Shown here: positions 17,947-26,134 of the stretch, piece by piece
Numbering within the stretch: position 1 is the first letter of the stretch
Layout of the letters: every line of letters begins with the position of its first letter
Assembly: GCA_022750295.1 (NCBI GenBank)
Contig: JAKIVZ010000007.1
Coordinates: 21,808 to 85,807, forward strand
Source: Candidatus Lutacidiplasma silvani
GTDB taxonomy: Archaea; Thermoplasmatota; Thermoplasmata; Lutacidiplasmatales; UBA184
Reading direction: 5' to 3'
Length of the DNA stretch: 64,000 nucleotides
Program-made: the position numbers and the translations under genes
The notes under the pieces: generated by a model
Seen by the model: the letters and a program-made list of their open reading frames with translations, nothing else
Told to the model about the DNA's origin: nothing
Databases searched by the model: none

Positions 17947-19397
17947 GCGACTCTCCGAAGGGAACGCTGGTGGAACTGCCGCCCTCCCTCCGGGAACTCC
18001 TCGAGGAGCCCCCCGATGAGATCCGACTGGTCGGGACGACGGTGGAGGAGGTCCTCCACGCGCTGGTCGACCAGTTCCCCGTCCTTCAGCATCACGTGTT
18101 CGCCCCGGCCGGGACCCTTCGGACCAGCGTGATCGTGCTGGTGAACGACGACGACATCCGGTACCGCCAGCGAGGCCGCACCCCGGTGGGGCCGAAGGAC
18201 CGGATCGTCCTCGTCCCCGCCCTCGCCGGGGGGGCCCCGGCGGCGCGCCGACCCCGGCGACGGACGGCGGAACTTTCCTCCGAAGAGCGGCACCGGTACA
18301 GTCGGCACCTCCTGCTCCCCGAGGTCGGGGAATCCGGGCAACGCAAACTCCGCCGTGCGAGGGTGCTGCTCGTAGGGGCCGGAGGACTCGGATCGCCGGC
18401 GGGGCTCTACCTCGCGGCCGCGGGGGTGGGCACGATCGGGATCGTGGACAGCGACTCGGTCGAGACGTCGAACCTCCAGCGCCAGGTGCTGTACGATGTG
18501 GCGTCGGTCGGGCGCTCGAAAGTGACCCGCGCCACCACCCGGCTCCGCGAACTCAATCCCCACGTCCGCGTGGTGCCCCACCGCGTCCGGTTGACGTCCC
18601 AGAATGCGCTCCGGATCCTCCGAGGGTACGACGTCGTCGTGGACGGGACCGACAACTTCCCGACCCGGTACCTCGTCAGCGACGCGTGCGCCCTGCTCGG
18701 GAAACCGGACGTCTTCGGTTCGGTCTACCGATTCGAGGGCCAGGTCTCGGTGTTCGACGCCCGCCGCGGCCCGTGCTACCGGTGCCTCTTTCCCGAGCCG
18801 CCTCCGCCGGAGCTCGTCCCGTCGTGCGCCGAGGGGGGCGTCCTCGGGGTGGTGCCCGGGCTCGTCGGGCTCTGCCAGGCGACCGAGGTCCTGAAACTGA
18901 TCCTCGGGATCGGCGAACCGCTCGTCGGCCGCCTTTGGCTCCTCGACACGTTGGCCGGGAGCTCCCGCGAGGTCCGGGTTCGCAAGAATCCCCGGTGCCC
19001 GGTGTGCGGCCGACATCCGACGCAGCGTGCCCTGATCGATTATCCCGCGTTCTGCGGAGTCGCGGGATCTTCCGAACGGGTTCCCGAGGTTACTCCGCTC
19101 GCGCTCGCCCGAGAACTGGAGCGCGAGCACCCTCCGGTGTTGGTCGACGTTCGGGAGCCCGGTGAGTGGGCGATCGCTCACCTCCCCCGGGCGAGACTCG
19201 TGCCGAAAGGGTCCCTTGCCGAACGAGTCGACGGCCTTCCTCGGCGGCGCCCGATCGTCGTCTACTGCAAGTCGGGTTCCCGGTCGGCGACCGCGGTCCG
19301 ATTTCTCCTCGACCACGGATTCGTCGATGTTCGCTCCCTCTCCGGCGGGATCGACCGGTGGGCCGAGCAGGTCGAGCCAACGATGCCCCGATACTGA
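17943..19397 (+). CDS. fusion protein: MoaD/ThiS/SAMP-like beta-grasp (ends ...ALAGG) - linker - MoeB/ThiF/UbaA-type E1 adenylyltransferase - rhodanese
   Basis: No stop occurs between the ubiquitin-like part (IRLVGTTVEEVLHALVDQFPVL...IVLVPALAGG, GG codons 18228-18233) and the E1 (RYSRHLLLPEVGESGQRKL, LVGAGGLGSP, CYRC + CPVC). The C-terminal rhodanese has VVYCKSGSRS. The start is TTG 17943 (TTGA overlap with the JAMM stop) or GTG 17970. Confidence 0.9.
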   Translation: MSDSPKGTLVELPPSLRELLEEPPDEIRLVGTTVEEVLHALVDQFPVLQHHVFAPAGTLRTSVIVLVNDDDIRYRQRGRTPVGPKDRIVLVPALAGGAPAARRPRRRTAELSSEERHRYSRHLLLPEVGESGQRKLRRARVLLVGAGGLGSPAGLYLAAAGVGTIGIVDSDSVETSNLQRQVLYDVASVGRSKVTRATTRLRELNPHVRVVPHRVRLTSQNALRILRGYDVVVDGTDNFPTRYLVSDACALLGKPDVFGSVYRFEGQVSVFDARRGPCYRCLFPEPPPPELVPSCAEGGVLGVVPGLVGLCQATEVLKLILGIGEPLVGRLWLLDTLAGSSREVRVRKNPRCPVCGRHPTQRALIDYPAFCGVAGSSERVPEVTPLALARELEREHPPVLVDVREPGEWAIAHLPRARLVPKGSLAERVDGLPRRRPIVVYCKSGSRSATAVRFLLDHGFVDVRSLSGGIDRWAEQVEPTMPRY

Positions 19398-19447
19398 ACC
19401 CGCGCGGCCGCCCGGGCCCCTCGGTAGGGGGCGTCGACCGGGCCGTC

Positions 19448-19993
19448 TCAGGCGCCCATGGCGCTCGCGGGGGCGAACTGGGAGATCCCGACCGACGGAC
19501 TGTACGAGCGGACCCGGCGCGAGAGCTCCTGTCCGAACTCGACGGGGTGCTTCGGCGAAATGAACAGCGGATAGTCGCCGGCCGTGACGAGGACTCCGGC
19601 CGAGATCGTGTGGATCGAGTCGAACGTGTGGATGAGCGGGCTCCACATCCGGCCGCGCCACCCCCACCCGCCGAAGAAGCTCACCGGCCCGAGGTCCCGG
19701 AGGTTCGCGAACTCGACCCGACGGACCTCCTCGAGGGGAACGGTGCGGGAGCCGAACAGGCGACGAGCGTGCAACGCGCGGTCGTCGAGCACGTAGTACG
19801 TCGAGGCGTACCGGGCGAGGAAGAGGAAGATCACGCCGATCAAGAACTCGGGCACGAGCGCGTTCGAAGTGAACGACGAGTGGACGGTCGCGTACACGAT
19901 CAGGAGGGCGAGGACGATGTACATCGCGACGACCGCGATCGAGATCGGCGCGCCGACCCGGACCCGGCCGCGAGAATCGGGGGTCAGGGCCAT
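19448..19993 (-). CDS. membrane protein with bacterial-PH-like (YdbS/bPH) domain
   Basis: Two N-terminal TM helices (ISIAVVAMYIVLALLIVYA, FLIGVIFLFLARYA) then YYVLDDRALHARRLFGSRTVPLEEVRRVEF, typical of membrane-tethered PH-like domains. Confidence 0.7.
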   Translation of the reverse strand: MALTPDSRGRVRVGAPISIAVVAMYIVLALLIVYATVHSSFTSNALVPEFLIGVIFLFLARYASTYYVLDDRALHARRLFGSRTVPLEEVRRVEFANLRDLGPVSFFGGWGWRGRMWSPLIHTFDSIHTISAGVLVTAGDYPLFISPKHPVEFGQELSRRVRSYSPSVGISQFAPASAMGA

Positions 19994-20084
19994 CCGAGGC
20001 GCCGACGCGGGACGCTCCCCATAAGGATTTCAATCGACCTCGGCAGCGTTGAGGCCGGGGTGTCCGCGACGGCGGCGGACGGGA

Positions 20085-20444
20085 TTACTTCGCGGACTTC
20101 TTCGGCAGCCGGCGGCCGTACTCCAGGGCGCGATTGACCCAGCCCTCGACCGCCGGAAGATCGGCGAGGAGGCGGGTCGGGAGCTCGACGTACTCCCGCA
20201 TGGGGCGACCGGGCATCGGCTCGAACGCAATCGCCCCGAGGTCCTTCAACGCCGACGCCCGGTCGGCCTCGGACAAACGCACGATCAGGTGGTTTCCGAA
20301 GACGCTGAAGAACATGTTCCCGTCGACGAACACCGCGGGTTGCCCGAACACCAGCCGCCGGGTCACCCCCGCCACCTTCGGAACGAGGGAATCGAACGCG
20401 GCGACGGTTTCGGCCGCCGGCTTCGGCATTCCCGTTCCCGGCAC
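20085..20444 (-). CDS. TfoX N-terminal-domain family protein
   Basis: RRLVFGQPAVFVDGNMFFSVFGNHLIVRLSEADR...FEPMPGRPMREYVELP matches the TfoX_N pattern from memory. The start is GTG 20444 or ATG 20429. Confidence 0.7.
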   Translation of the reverse strand: MPGTGMPKPAAETVAAFDSLVPKVAGVTRRLVFGQPAVFVDGNMFFSVFGNHLIVRLSEADRASALKDLGAIAFEPMPGRPMREYVELPTRLLADLPAVEGWVNRALEYGRRLPKKSAK

Positions 20445-20508
20445 GCTCAGGCCAGCGCTCGCAGCGCATTACGCCGACGGTAGGGCCTGTCCATCGCGAG
20501 CGAATCCG

Positions 20509-21063
20509 CTAGACGCCCGCGGGCCGAAGGGAACGGGCGCGTCGCGCTTGCGCCTCGGTCAGCCCGAAGGCGCGGGTCCATCCGTAGCGGCTGGGCGCGA
20601 TGACGAGGCCGCTGCCCACGACGGCAGGATGGGTCCACGGGACGACCCGGCAGGTGTCGACGGTCCGGACGCTGATTCCGACGGGCGAGACTCCGAGCAG
20701 GTCGACCGGGGTCGGCCGCCAGATCTTGAACAGTTGAATCGCGGCCGCGCAGACGAGTCCGGATCCGAGCAGGACGAGGATCCCGAGCGCATGGCTCGCC
20801 CCGAGAGGAGAGTCGGTGGGGGACGGGAGTTCGTAGGCGAGGATGAAGGCGATCAGCGGGATTTGGGAAAGAAGCCCCACAACGACCCGTCCGGGGTGGC
20901 GGCGGAGCGTCCGGGGGCCGGGGACGAACTCAAAGGGCGGAGCGGTCCGCCAGTCTGGCATCGGGGTCAGGTGCAGCCGCTCGACCGCCATGTTCGCCGC
21001 GCCGGGGACAACCGAGCGTCTCGCCGGTCGGCCCGGGGGGGCCATCGCCGCATTCCCTTTCAA
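20509..21063 (-). CDS. hypothetical membrane protein
   Basis: Two hydrophobic helices (VVVGLLSQIPLIAFILAY, ALGILVLLGSGLVCAAAIQLF) followed by a small soluble domain. No recognisable family, and the start is uncertain. Confidence 0.5.
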   Translation of the reverse strand: MKGNAAMAPPGRPARRSVVPGAANMAVERLHLTPMPDWRTAPPFEFVPGPRTLRRHPGRVVVGLLSQIPLIAFILAYELPSPTDSPLGASHALGILVLLGSGLVCAAAIQLFKIWRPTPVDLLGVSPVGISVRTVDTCRVVPWTHPAVVGSGLVIAPSRYGWTRAFGLTEAQARRARSLRPAGV

Positions 21064-21090
21064 AGTTGTCGCGAAACGGGATCGGCGTCC

Positions 21091-22866
21091 CTACGCCGCG
21101 GCCTCGTAGTAGAACTCGCCGCGTTCCCGCTGCTCGCGGTCGAGGACCGACCCCTCGCGATTGATCCGGGGTCGGAGCGTCTCGGCGTCGCGCCGGAACG
21201 TGACCTGGACGTCCTTGAGGAGCTGGTTCATCCCGCCCCGCATCGGAAACGGGCCGGCGCCGGATCCCGAAACCCCGTCGTCCCCGGCCCGGAATACCAT
21301 CAGGGCATCGCAGGCGAGGTCGAGGAAGTAGACATCGTGGTCGACCACGAGCGCCCCGACCGCCTGGCGCTCGACCTGGCGGCGAATGAGCTTCGCCATG
21401 GCGATCCGCTCGTCGGCGTCGAGATACGCGGACGGCTCGTCGAGAAGGTAGAGGGTCGCGGGGCGGGCGAGCGCGAGGGCGACCGCGGCCCGCTGCAGCT
21501 CGCCGCCCGACAGGTCCGGGAGGCCGACGTCCAGGAGGTCGTCGAGGTGGAGCCCGGGGACCAGCTCTCGCTCGAAGACCCCCACGTCGAATGTCGGGTC
21601 GCCCCGCAGCGCGTCGAGCCGTTCCCGGAGGCTCGCCGAGCTCGTCGCCTTCAGGTACTGCGGTTTGTAGCTGACCGAGACGCCGGCCGGGGGGGTCCCC
21701 ACCGTCGCCGGCTCCGCCCCCGCGAGCATCCGGACGAACGTCGTCTTGCCGGTCGCGTTGGGGCCGACGATGCCGATCGTCTCCCCCTTGGCAATCTCAC
21801 CGGCGCCGACGGTCAGGTGGAAGTTCGGGAACCGTTTCTCGAGCGGGGGGAACGCGACGAGGGCGTTCCGCTGGGTGGCGAGCTTCGGCGGGTGGGCGAC
21901 GAACCGGACCGGCTCGGTCCGGAACCGGACGTTCTCGTCCTTCAGGTAGCCGGTCAGGTAGGTGTTGATGGCGCTCCGCATCGCGATCGGATGGGAGATC
22001 ACGCCGAACGCCGCCTCCTCGCCGTAGACGAGGTGCGCCTGATCCGCGAGATAGTCGAGGAGGGCGAGGTCGTGCTCGACGACGACCACGCTCTTCGTTT
22101 CCCCCAGCCGTCGGAGGAGCCGGGCGATCTCGAGCCGGTGGACGATGTCGAGGTAGCTCGACGGCTCGTCGATCAGGTAGAGGTCGGCGTCGGTGGCGAC
22201 GGTCCGGGCGATCGCGAGGAGCTGGAGCTCGCCCCCCGAGAGCTCCGCGACGGGGCGCGAGGCGCGGCGCTCCAGGCCGACCGAGCGGAGCGCGGCGTCG
22301 GCGTCGACCCCGGACCGGGTCAGGAACTCGGTGGCGGTGCCCGCTTCCTCCGAGAACCGGTCGACGTACTGGGGCTTGAACACCGCCCGGAGGGTCCCGT
22401 TCGCGATCTTCTGGAAGTGGGCGTGGAGCGACGTCCCTCGGTATCGTTCCAAGACCGCCTCCCACGTGGACGGGGTGTCGTACTTCCCTAAGTTGGGGAC
22501 CTCGACCCCCGCCAGTACCCGGAGCGCGGTCGATTTCCCCGTTCCGTTCGGGCCGAGGATCCCCGTGATCCCCTTCGTCGGAGGCAGCGGCAGTCGGTAG
22601 AGCCGGAAGCCGTTGTACCCGTACCGGTGAACGATCTCCGTCTCGTCGGCCTCGGGGGTGTTGAGGATCTTGATCGCGTCGAACGGGCACTTGTGGACGC
22701 AGATGCCGCACCCGATGCAGAGCGTCTCGGAGATCACCGGTCGACCGTCGGTCCCCTCGACAATGCACTCCTGGCCCATCCGGACCGGGGGGCAGTAGGC
22801 CTGGCATTCCCACTGGCACTCCTTCGGGTGGCACCGGTCGCGGAGGAGGATCGCGATCCGGGCCAC
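21091..22866 (-). CDS. abce1: ABCE1 / RNase L inhibitor-type ribosome-recycling ATPase
   Basis: N-terminal FeS domain (DRCHPKECQWECQAYCPPV...CIGCGICVHKCPFDAI) plus two ABC cassettes (GPNGTGKSTAL, LSGGELQ; GPNATGKTTFV, LSGGELQRAAVA). The GTG start directly follows the upstream TAG. Confidence 0.95.
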   Translation of the reverse strand: MARIAILLRDRCHPKECQWECQAYCPPVRMGQECIVEGTDGRPVISETLCIGCGICVHKCPFDAIKILNTPEADETEIVHRYGYNGFRLYRLPLPPTKGITGILGPNGTGKSTALRVLAGVEVPNLGKYDTPSTWEAVLERYRGTSLHAHFQKIANGTLRAVFKPQYVDRFSEEAGTATEFLTRSGVDADAALRSVGLERRASRPVAELSGGELQLLAIARTVATDADLYLIDEPSSYLDIVHRLEIARLLRRLGETKSVVVVEHDLALLDYLADQAHLVYGEEAAFGVISHPIAMRSAINTYLTGYLKDENVRFRTEPVRFVAHPPKLATQRNALVAFPPLEKRFPNFHLTVGAGEIAKGETIGIVGPNATGKTTFVRMLAGAEPATVGTPPAGVSVSYKPQYLKATSSASLRERLDALRGDPTFDVGVFERELVPGLHLDDLLDVGLPDLSGGELQRAAVALALARPATLYLLDEPSAYLDADERIAMAKLIRRQVERQAVGALVVDHDVYFLDLACDALMVFRAGDDGVSGSGAGPFPMRGGMNQLLKDVQVTFRRDAETLRPRINREGSVLDREQRERGEFYYEAAA

Positions 22867-23568
22867 CTAGGCCTCCCGCACATCGGACGCGACCTTGCCG
22901 TCGGCCATCGTGAGGTGCCGGCGGGCCCGCCGGGCCACGGCTGGGTTGTGCGTCACGAGGACCAGCGTCGCGCCGGTCCTACGCTGCGCCTCGACGAGGA
23001 CGTCGAGGACCGACTCGGTGTTCGCCCGGTCGAGCTCTCCGGTCGGTTCGTCCGCCAGGAGGAGCCCGGGGTCGTTGGCCAGCGCGCGCGCGATCGCGAC
23101 CCGCTGCTCCTCGCCCCCGGAAAGCTGGTGCGGGCGAGAGTTGCGCCGCTCCGTCAGGCCGACCGAGGCGAGGAGATCCCGGGTGCGGGCCACCCGCTCG
23201 GCGGCCGACCGGCCCGCGCCGCGCATCGGCAGGGCCACGTTCTCCTCGGCGGTCAAGGTCGGGAGAAGATAGAACCGTTGAAAGATGAAGCCGACTCCCG
23301 TCAGGCGACGCCGGGCGCGGTCCCGTTCGGGGAGCCGCGCGACCGGGCTGCCGTCGAACTCGATCGTCCCCTCCGTCGGCTGGTCGAGGAGGCCGAGGAG
23401 GTTGAGGAGGGTCGTCTTGCCGCACCCGGACGGACCCTCGACCGATACGAACTCCCCGGGAGCGATCGCGAGGTCGACTCCATCGAGGGCACGAACCGCT
23501 CCGGAGCCGCTTCCGTACGTCTTCCGGACTCCCGACAACCGGATCGCGGGAGGCTGGACCCCTCTCAT
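22867..23568 (-). CDS. ABC transporter ATP-binding protein (MacB/LolD-like)
   Basis: GPSGCGKTTLLNLLGLLD, FIFQRFYLLPTLTAEENV, LSGGEEQRVAIARAL, LLADEPTGELD. Confidence 0.95.
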   Translation of the reverse strand: MRGVQPPAIRLSGVRKTYGSGSGAVRALDGVDLAIAPGEFVSVEGPSGCGKTTLLNLLGLLDQPTEGTIEFDGSPVARLPERDRARRRLTGVGFIFQRFYLLPTLTAEENVALPMRGAGRSAAERVARTRDLLASVGLTERRNSRPHQLSGGEEQRVAIARALANDPGLLLADEPTGELDRANTESVLDVLVEAQRRTGATLVLVTHNPAVARRARRHLTMADGKVASDVREA

Positions 23569-24809
23569 CGCAACGCCTCCGCGAGTGGGAGCCGAAGGGC
23601 GGCACGGGCCGCGAATCCGCTCGCCAATACGCAGAGGGCGACGGTCCCGACGGCGAGTTCGAGGAGGGTTCGCGGGTCGAACACGGCCAACGCCGCAATC
23701 GCGGGGACTTCGCCGCTCCCGTAGGTCTGGAGGACCTGGACGGTGAGGTACCCCGCCACGATCCCTCCCGCGACCCCCGCGGTGGCCAAAACGGTCGCCC
23801 GACCAACGAAGCGTCCGACGATCCCGAGTGCCGGGAGCCCGATCGCCCGCCGGATCCCGATCGAGCGACGCTCCGCCTCGACCCGCCGGAGGAGGACCAT
23901 GGTGAGGAAGATCAGCCCGATCGCCACGGCGGTCGAGGAGAGGGCGAGATAGAAGCCCGTCAGCACCGCGCCGGCCTGATCGAGCTGGGCCACTTCGTCG
24001 GAGAGGGTCGTCACGCCAAAGTACGGGACGAGCGCCTGGATGGCGGACGCCGCCTGCGCGACGGCCGCCGGGTTGGCCCCGGCCGACCCGGCGAGCGAGA
24101 CCTCGACCGAGTCGGCCTGGTCGAGGAGCAGGCCGCTCGTTCCGTTCTCCCGGGCCGTACCCGTCAGGAGTTGGAGGTCACTCAGAGACAGAACGACGGC
24201 GAACCCGGCGATCGGACCGAGCGGACCTCCGGGGGCGCCGAAGACGCCCGTGACCGCGTACGGGGTCGAGGCGGAAACGTTCGGCCCGTTCGCGATCCGG
24301 AGCGTGGAGCCGAGCGAAACGTTCAGGGCGGCGGCGAGAGGGCTCGCGACGAGCACGTCGTCGGTCGCCGGGCCCGCGTACGTCCCGTTCGCGAAATGGA
24401 TCGCGTCGTTCGGGTCGCCGAGCGGAAGCGGTGTGGGGAAGGCGCCAGACTCCTCGGGGCTGAGCGTGGCCGCGAACGCGGCCGGGATCACGCCCTCGGC
24501 CAGAGCCGGCTCGGTCGCTCCTCCCGGGCCGAACAGGTCGATCGGGGCACTCAGGACCGGCGACGCGGCCGAAACGTTCGGGATCCCGTCGATCTGACGG
24601 GCCAACGCGTGCGCGTCCCCGATCCCGTGAGTGCCGGGGGCCGAGACCGTGATCTCGAACCCCGAGCTCTGCAAGGCCGATCGCTCGTGCGCCGAGACGC
24701 CTCCTCCCACCGAGAGCAGGAGGACGGGGAGGGCGACCGCCGTCGCGATCGCGGCGACGGCGAGGAGGTCCTGGAGGGCCGTGTGCGAGAGCCGGGTCGT
24801 CCGGCTCAT
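23565..24809 (-). CDS. ABC transporter permease, FtsX/MacB-like (large extracytoplasmic loop)
   Basis: The start ATG at 24809 overlaps the upstream stop (ATGA). N-terminal TM LLAVAAIATAVALPVLLL, a long loop, and a C-terminal FtsX-type bundle with RRSIGIRRAIGLP. The upstream part of ORF 23565-25835 is an off-frame overlap. Confidence 0.85.
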   Translation of the reverse strand: MSRTTRLSHTALQDLLAVAAIATAVALPVLLLSVGGGVSAHERSALQSSGFEITVSAPGTHGIGDAHALARQIDGIPNVSAASPVLSAPIDLFGPGGATEPALAEGVIPAAFAATLSPEESGAFPTPLPLGDPNDAIHFANGTYAGPATDDVLVASPLAAALNVSLGSTLRIANGPNVSASTPYAVTGVFGAPGGPLGPIAGFAVVLSLSDLQLLTGTARENGTSGLLLDQADSVEVSLAGSAGANPAAVAQAASAIQALVPYFGVTTLSDEVAQLDQAGAVLTGFYLALSSTAVAIGLIFLTMVLLRRVEAERRSIGIRRAIGLPALGIVGRFVGRATVLATAGVAGGIVAGYLTVQVLQTYGSGEVPAIAALAVFDPRTLLELAVGTVALCVLASGFAARAALRLPLAEALR

Positions 24810-26113
24810 GGGGCCCGGAGCTCCTCGGCGATCGGAAGCCGCATCGCCTGCACCGCCGGGAGTGCCGACGCGGCGAGGCCGATCGCCAAGACTTCCACGA
24901 TCGCGCTCAGAACGACGGTCGCGTCGAACGAGACGAAGGAAAAGCCGCTCGGCAACCCGGCGAGTAGCCCGACGAGAAACCGATTGAGCAGGAACGCCCC
25001 GGCGAAGCCGCCCGAGATCCCGATGGCGAGGCCGAGCACGGCCAGGAGCAGCGCCTCCTCGACGATGTACCGGCCGATCGTGACCCGTCCGAACCCGATG
25101 GCGCGCAAGGTGGCGAGCTCTCGGCTCCGGTCGTCGACCGACATCGTGAGGACCGTCGTCGCGAAGAGCGCGGCGACGAGGATGGCGACGAGGCCGATCA
25201 ACGTCCCGAACGTCCGGTACAGGTCGACGACCGACTGGACCGCCCCGAGGATGTTGGCGAGGGTGAACACGGTGAGCGTCGGATACGCCCGCTCGAGCGC
25301 GCTCTGGTCGGCCCCGGGCGACGAGGGGTCGGTCAGGTGGACGAGCACGACCGACGCCTGGTCGTCGGTCACCGCGGCTCCTCCGAGGAGGGTCTGCGCC
25401 TCGGAGAGGTAGAAGAATCCGAGCAGCGCCGACGGGATCAGGAAGAACGGACCGGAGATCCCGACGACGCGGAAGGGGGTCGCGTTCCCGAACCACGCGT
25501 GAACGCTGGCCGGGCCGGGAAGCGACTGAACGCTCACGTACACGACGCTCCCGACCGACGCATGGAGCACGCCGGCGAGACCGTCGTCCAGCACCACCTC
25601 GTGGGTGAACGTTCCCGTGTACGTCCCATTCGCGTAGTGGGGGTCGCCCGGGTTGGAGAAGCCGGGGCCGGTCGCGACGGTCGGCGCATCTAGGCCGGTG
25701 TTGGCGCCGGGGATCCACCCGACGGCTTCGGCGCTCGCGGGGCCCCACCCGGCCGGGATCCCCGACCCGCTCGGGGAGGCGTTCGCCGCCGCGTCGAGCG
25801 AGCTGTTCGCGAAGACGAACGACGTGACGAGCCACGGGCTCGCGGTCGCGACGTTCGAGTCCGCGCGGGCGAATCCGGCGGGGACTCCGTGCGCGTGCTC
25901 GAGCGGCGGGAACGTCTCGCTGCTGAGCGAGGTGTTCGCGCTGGTCGCGATCAGGTCGACTCCACTGGCCGTCGCGAGACGGGACGCGCTCTCCTGGACC
26001 CCCGCCGAGAGCGCGAGGAGGACGGTGACGAGGCCGGTGGCAAGGCCGATCCCGAGCGCCGTGAGCGCCGACCGCCCCGGACGCCGTCGGATGCCGTCGA
26101 GGGCGTACCGCAT
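24806..26113 (-). CDS. ABC transporter permease, FtsX/MacB-like
   Basis: MRYALDGIRRRPGRSALTALGIGLATGLV, a long loop, and a C-terminal bundle with SRELATLRAIGFGR...AMRLPIAEELR. Confidence 0.85.
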   Translation of the reverse strand: MRYALDGIRRRPGRSALTALGIGLATGLVTVLLALSAGVQESASRLATASGVDLIATSANTSLSSETFPPLEHAHGVPAGFARADSNVATASPWLVTSFVFANSSLDAAANASPSGSGIPAGWGPASAEAVGWIPGANTGLDAPTVATGPGFSNPGDPHYANGTYTGTFTHEVVLDDGLAGVLHASVGSVVYVSVQSLPGPASVHAWFGNATPFRVVGISGPFFLIPSALLGFFYLSEAQTLLGGAAVTDDQASVVLVHLTDPSSPGADQSALERAYPTLTVFTLANILGAVQSVVDLYRTFGTLIGLVAILVAALFATTVLTMSVDDRSRELATLRAIGFGRVTIGRYIVEEALLLAVLGLAIGISGGFAGAFLLNRFLVGLLAGLPSGFSFVSFDATVVLSAIVEVLAIGLAASALPAVQAMRLPIAEELRAP

Positions 26114-26134
26114 GGTCGGGACGTCGCTCCCCGC

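Noticed and set aside
17805-20033. 742-aa minus-strand ORF
   Set aside because: It is antisense to the Ubl-E1-rhodanese gene, Arg/Pro-rich, and has no recognisable domain.
20134-22491. 785-aa plus-strand ORF
   Set aside because: It is antisense to ABCE1 and the neighbouring genes, low complexity and Arg/Gly/Asp-rich.
24810-25835. N-terminal 342 codons of the 756-aa ORF 23565-25835
   Set aside because: It overlaps, out of frame, the well-formed FtsX-type permease 24806-26113 and is Arg-rich. The real permease starts at the ATG at 24809 with an ATGA overlap.
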